A model generated the notes under the pieces. It was given only the letters and a program-made list of their open reading frames with translations, was not told where the DNA came from and did no database searches. A DNA stretch of 64,000 nt from Leidyana gryllorum EB-2025a (taxonomy: Eukaryota > Protista > Apicomplexa). Position numbers and translations under genes: made by a program. Positions 59,765 through 64,000 of this stretch are shown here, in pieces. Position 1 is the first letter of the stretch, and each line of letters opens with the position of its first letter. The stretch covers positions 62,001 through 126,000 of the forward strand of contig JBLWGC010000126.1 in the NCBI GenBank assembly GCA_048772705.1. The letters are read 5' to 3'.

Positions 59765-59869
59765 TCGAGAATTAGCTAGGTTACCCCGATTTGCAACTGT
59801 ATTGGGTTTCATGCGCACACACGTGTGCTCCAATGGAGACAGTCAGAATTGGAATGTCACGATTGTCGG

Positions 59870-60860
59870 ATGGGAGTAGAAGCAATAGACGCTCAGCAAG
59901 CTGTTAGATCCGTGGGCCTGGTCTATGTAGCCCATGTCTTCGGATGGATATATTTCCTGGCCTGGACCTTGTCTTTCTATCCCCAGATAATCGTTAACTT
60001 CAAGAATCGGAGTACCGAAGGCTTATCATATGACTTTGCGACGTACAACTTGATCGGCTTTTTCTCATACTGCGTGTATGCGATCGTCCGATTCGTTACA
60101 CAGCAGCGCTACGACTTGCCGCGAGCCGTAGAGATTCAAGACCTTTGCTTCGCCCTCCACGCCTTCGCTCTGTGCATACTGTTGGCTATCCAGATCGCAT
60201 CGTACGATCGACACGCAAAGCACCGCTTCTCTCAGATATGTGTAGTGTCGACCTCTTTATGTGTCCTCCTTTACGTACTTCATGCCCTTCTGGTTATCTT
60301 CGGGTTTCAGATGATCACAGCTCATCCTGGAGATTCCAGAGGTAGGCAACTCTTCAACTGGATAGTAAATGTTTCAATGATGCAATCACAGCTCATTATG
60401 CTTTCTCCTGGTGGACCCTGACGGAATTTGCTGCAACTGTAAAGATAGTTGTAACACTGGTCAAGTATTTTCCCCAGATTCATCTCAACTATCTGCGTAA
60501 AATGACGAGGGGAATGGCGGTCTGGCAGTTCAACTTGGATGCTGTCGGAGGGGTGCTCTCATTGGCTCAAAACGGCATCGAAGCTATCAACTACCGTGAC
60601 ATCACCTTCATCACAGGTGATCATCCATGAAATATGTCCTCAAATTTCTGCACGCAGGTAATTACCCCAAGGTCTTTATCGGACTGATTGGGCTGACATA
60701 CGACGCGATAATACTGCTTCAACATTACGTAATCTATCGTGCGAACAATCGGGGTGCTCAGACACTAGCTGCAGTTTCGCGGAAAGACACCACCACTCAG
60801 CATTCGATGCCCTCATTTGAGCTTACTTTTAATCCAACGGATCTCGAGACATCCGATTAG
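59870..60860 (+). CDS. Cystinosin-like PQ-loop lysosomal transporter; 3 exons
   Basis: GWIYFLAWTLSFYPQ, GLSYDF..YN..GF, KYFPQ and GNYPK...YDAIILLQHYVIY. Confidence 0.92.
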
Positions 60861-60888
60861 ATGAGGAATGTCAATTAGATGACGGGTT

Positions 60889-63246
60889 TTAGCGATCGGT
60901 CTTGGATGTTGAAGGTGATGGAAACATTGTCCAGGTACGTGGCGAGGTTCTGCCGCGGCTCAAAGGAGCACGATAACTCGAAACCTCCCGACGCATACGG
61001 AAAAGATGATCCACTACACCATCTATTGTGCGTAAATGGCTCATCCGAATGTCTTCCACGGCTGCGATGTCATCTCCCGGTGGTCGAAGGTCGGTGCCGC
61101 TTGCAACAGCTGTTTGACAACCATGGTCGAAAGGCCTCAGACTGAACGAAGGGTTTTGAGCGAATTTCTGCTTGGTGACCTCCATCAGAAGCTTCGGACT
61201 ATACTCGAGTTCAGCAAACTCCGCTGTACTGCAGCACAGGTGGTCAATCTGCACAAACACTGATGTGTGGCTCACTTTGCTATTTCTGTGCCGTATATAC
61301 ACATGAACTCCAAACACTTTTGCTTCAAGAAATGACTGTTAAACTTATCCGCTTGTCTTAATAAGGCGCACACATTCAACGCTGTGATTATTGCGATCAA
61401 GTAATGTTCACAAGTCTCTTTGAGGCCGTCGATTGAGAATGCATCAGCCGCGGCCAGCACTTCCAGCATTGATCCATACTCTTCAGGCGTAATCGATGGC
61501 GGATTGATTGTGCCTGAGTACAAGAACTCCAGCACAAGAGTAAAGACAGGAGCCGACCATTCGGGCATCGAAATCTGTCAAGAACAATACGTCTGAGGTG
61601 TATTGTTGGCACCTACCTCACTCATCTCGCTCTCTTTGAATGACGAGAACATCCGCTGAAAGTACTTGGACTGTGCCGATAAGATGCATCTATGGGCGTG
61701 TATTTTCTGCCCTCCTGCCACAGTGCTGAAGCGTAAAAGGCACCATTTATTGGAACAAGGTCAGTTAAAACTCACAATACAACATCTGAATGATTTTTCT
61801 CCCCAACTAGTCGCTTCATTCGCCTCGCGAAGTCGCGATACTAAATTCATTGATCCAGCACACCGCACTTGCAGCCTTACCGTTCCGTGACGATGATCCA
61901 TGACTGCTGGACATTTGCGAAGATCGATCACCCAGCAGTCATTGTACCATACGCTGCCATCGAAACCCCCGACGATAAAGACATACCACGGAGGAATCAA
62001 AGTGGCTCCGTGACGTTGTCTGCCCTCGGAAATTCCAGTGATCTCTGTGAACCTAAGCACAAGAACGTCGTAAATGATTGCAGCACGATCGAGAACATAC
62101 CGGCTCCACTTGCATCGAACAGTGTCGAACAAGAATACCGTATTGCTCCGTTTCTTGTCGCCACTGGCCCCTCCGAACACAATCAGATGGTCTTCGACCA
62201 GATGAGTGCTGTGACCTCGGACGATGGGCGGATTCACTCCCACAGTGTTAATCGCTTCCCAAGTACAGGACTTGGTATCAAAGCACATGAAGTCTGGCTG
62301 CGAGGAGGTGTTGAAGCCACCTAAAAGATAAAGGTAGTCGCCGACGACTGTCATGGTGTGAGCATTGCGAGCCTGCCAAAAGCCCTATGCATGGAAATCA
62401 GCAATGGCTGGTCCGCTTACGATGGGCTTCGGTCCTCGACACTTGGGTTGACTCCATTCATTGGTTTCCAGATCAAAGACATTCATGTCATTTGTTGCCA
62501 TCTTCCCGTCGAAGCCTCCGAACATATACAGACGATTGCCAACACAGGAGAGAGTATGGCATGCTCGAGGACCTGGGACCTGATAAGCGCGAGTATAGCC
62601 ACCTCCCCTCGCGTCCTGCCTACCTGTCCTACAGCACCCGGTCGAGTCCAGGTCAAGTTGAGTGATGACGGGTCAGTGGTGCTGGACAGAATGAGAGGGC
62701 TAAGGTCGATATAGTATAAATCATTCAGCCAAGTTGCGCCGGTATGTCCACCATGGATATAGAGACGATGGCACCAAACGGCGGACGCGTGCTGATGCCC
62801 AAAATCAGTGGGTGAAAAAGCGATTGACGTCAGTCACGTACGTTGTTGCGACCAGTTGGAGTATTCAGAGTCTTGACCTCCATCCATGTGTTTCCACGCA
62901 AATCTAGAACATATAGTTCATTGAAAGCCTCCACGCCGTTCCATCCGCCAAACACCACAACGTGATGGCTTCCGATGAAGTCACATGTATGCGCGGCCCG
63001 TTCACTGAAAGGGTTCTGGACTTGCAGGAGACGTCCTGTATCATTCGGTGGAGCAGCATTTTCTCTATCCTGAGCCTCCCAGATGAAAGTACTCTCCTCA
63101 AAGGATCGGAGTTTCGGAGCGCCGGTAAGCACGTCCGACCTCCCAGTCGGGCTTTGAAAAGAGGCCGTATCCTCATCTCCAACCTCTGGCCCATTTGGGC
63201 GTCCTAAGATATGCGAACTCACAGGTAGATCCTCCCTGTTTTCCAT
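60889..63246 (-). CDS. Kelch-repeat + BTB/POZ protein (LZTR1-like architecture); multi-exon
   Basis: Kelch blades (RAAHT..VFGGWNG, VRGHS..VFGG, RQRHG..VGGFDG) and BTB/BACK motifs (AHRCIL, LEFLYSG, AADAFSIDGLK). Confidence 0.9.
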
Positions 63247-63395
63247 GGTGTTGAATGTGTGTGCACACGATCTGACTGCGACTTAGGCCGGCACGGTGCA
63301 TAGTGAGGTAGCATCGTCAACATGAAATAGGCAGACTTGTCGAAATAGCCCAGGGGGAAGGTTGTTGGTGCAAAATTCGCAATAAGTGATGCATT

Positions 63396-63605
63396 ATGTC
63401 TGAGCAACAGTCAAGTGGGGTCGAAAGAGCGGGCGAGGGAACTGAGGCGTTGCAGAATCAATTACAAGGTGAGCTCGTCAATGACAGTCACGAGGCTGCC
63501 TCAGCCATACAACGGCGCGTAACGCAACTGCGGGGCGAAGTTGAGGCATTGGAGTGTGAGAACGCCGATCTGGAAGTTCAGCTAGCCAACATTCACGTTG
63601 CCTAA
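63396..63605 (+). CDS. Short coiled-coil protein (SCOC/DUF2205-like), probably with one in-frame 36-nt intron
   Basis: LQNQLQAIQRRVTQLRGEVEALECENADLEVQLANI after removing gtgagc...cctcag. Confidence 0.5.
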   Translation: MSEQQSSGVERAGEGTEALQNQLQGELVNDSHEAASAIQRRVTQLRGEVEALECENADLEVQLANIHVA

Positions 63606-63619
63606 AATTCGTTTGGAGG

Positions 63620-64000
63620 ATGGTTTCCGTGGTAAGGCTGAGTTGAATTCCGTTCAGCAGACTTGGCAGATAGCAACGCAGGGGTGCGTTCACGGAGACC
63701 TCGACCGATGCTACGAGGCCGTGAAAACACACGCAGAAGAGACTGGGGACGAAATCAAGTTGGTGGTGTGGAGTGGGGATGTACAGGTGAGGATATGACG
63801 GCTTGCTATCCTTATGATGTTTGACAGTCTGCCCGGAATGCGCAGGATTTGGAGAGCTTGGCTTGTCCTCCTAAGTATCGTCAACTAAAAGACTTCCACG
63901 AGTACTACGAAGGTACCAAAACTGCCCCATATCTGACTGTCTTTACCGGAGGCAATCACGAGGCGTCCTCGTACATAGACCGTTTGTAAGGCTTGAAAAG
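63620..64000 (+). CDS. DBR1: RNA lariat debranching enzyme (5' part, truncated by the window end)
   Basis: MVSV|IATQGCVHGDLD, SGDVQ|SARN..DL..LACPPKY, DFHEYY and GGNHEAS. Confidence 0.93.

Noticed and set aside
27951-63605. Functional clustering (UNC-50/ARL1/SCOC Golgi genes; TFIIIC5/RPC31 Pol III genes; Mago/DBR1 splicing genes)
   Set aside because: The genes are non-adjacent among about 40 loci, which is compatible with chance.
1-64000. Alternative genetic code or non-canonical introns
   Set aside because: The conserved genes I traced assemble with GT-AG introns, and TAA, TAG and TGA all serve as terminal stops.

Overview
A very gene-dense stretch of a compact eukaryotic nuclear genome: about 40 protein-coding genes in 64 kb, mostly 40-60 nt GT-AG introns, standard genetic code. 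An alveolate, probably an apicomplexan or close relative such as a gregarine, is inferred from a CLAMP-like claudin and an alveolate-type RPL21 and PKA-C. Recognisable genes: subtilisin-EGF protease, histidine acid phosphatase, RPL21, ARP4, UNC-93-type MFS transporter, Mago nashi (six exons, largely missed by the ORF track), PKA-C, SPX-VTC protein, fRMsr/MsrC, DUF726/TMCO4, UNC-50, DHHC palmitoyltransferase, eIF3b, ARL1, LRAT-domain protein, SCC3/STAG, TFIIIC subunit 5, CLAMP, a cyclin, DPH5, RPC31, A20/AN1 zinc finger, cystinosin, Kelch-BTB, a SCOC-like protein and DBR1 (truncated), plus many lineage-specific ORFs. I could not support any tRNA, rRNA, transposon or CRISPR array. The most unusual signals are: divergent start codons only 10-17 bp apart around a shared poly(dA:dT) tract; a co-directional gene run with a same-strand CDS overlap; a recurrent non-coding CACACGTGTG palindrome; a 726-nt structured intron; an fRMsr with a Gln-rich tail ending in CxxC; and an intronless nucleotidyltransferase-like orphan. 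Splice sites and gene boundaries were read by eye and family assignments come from remembered motifs, not database searches.
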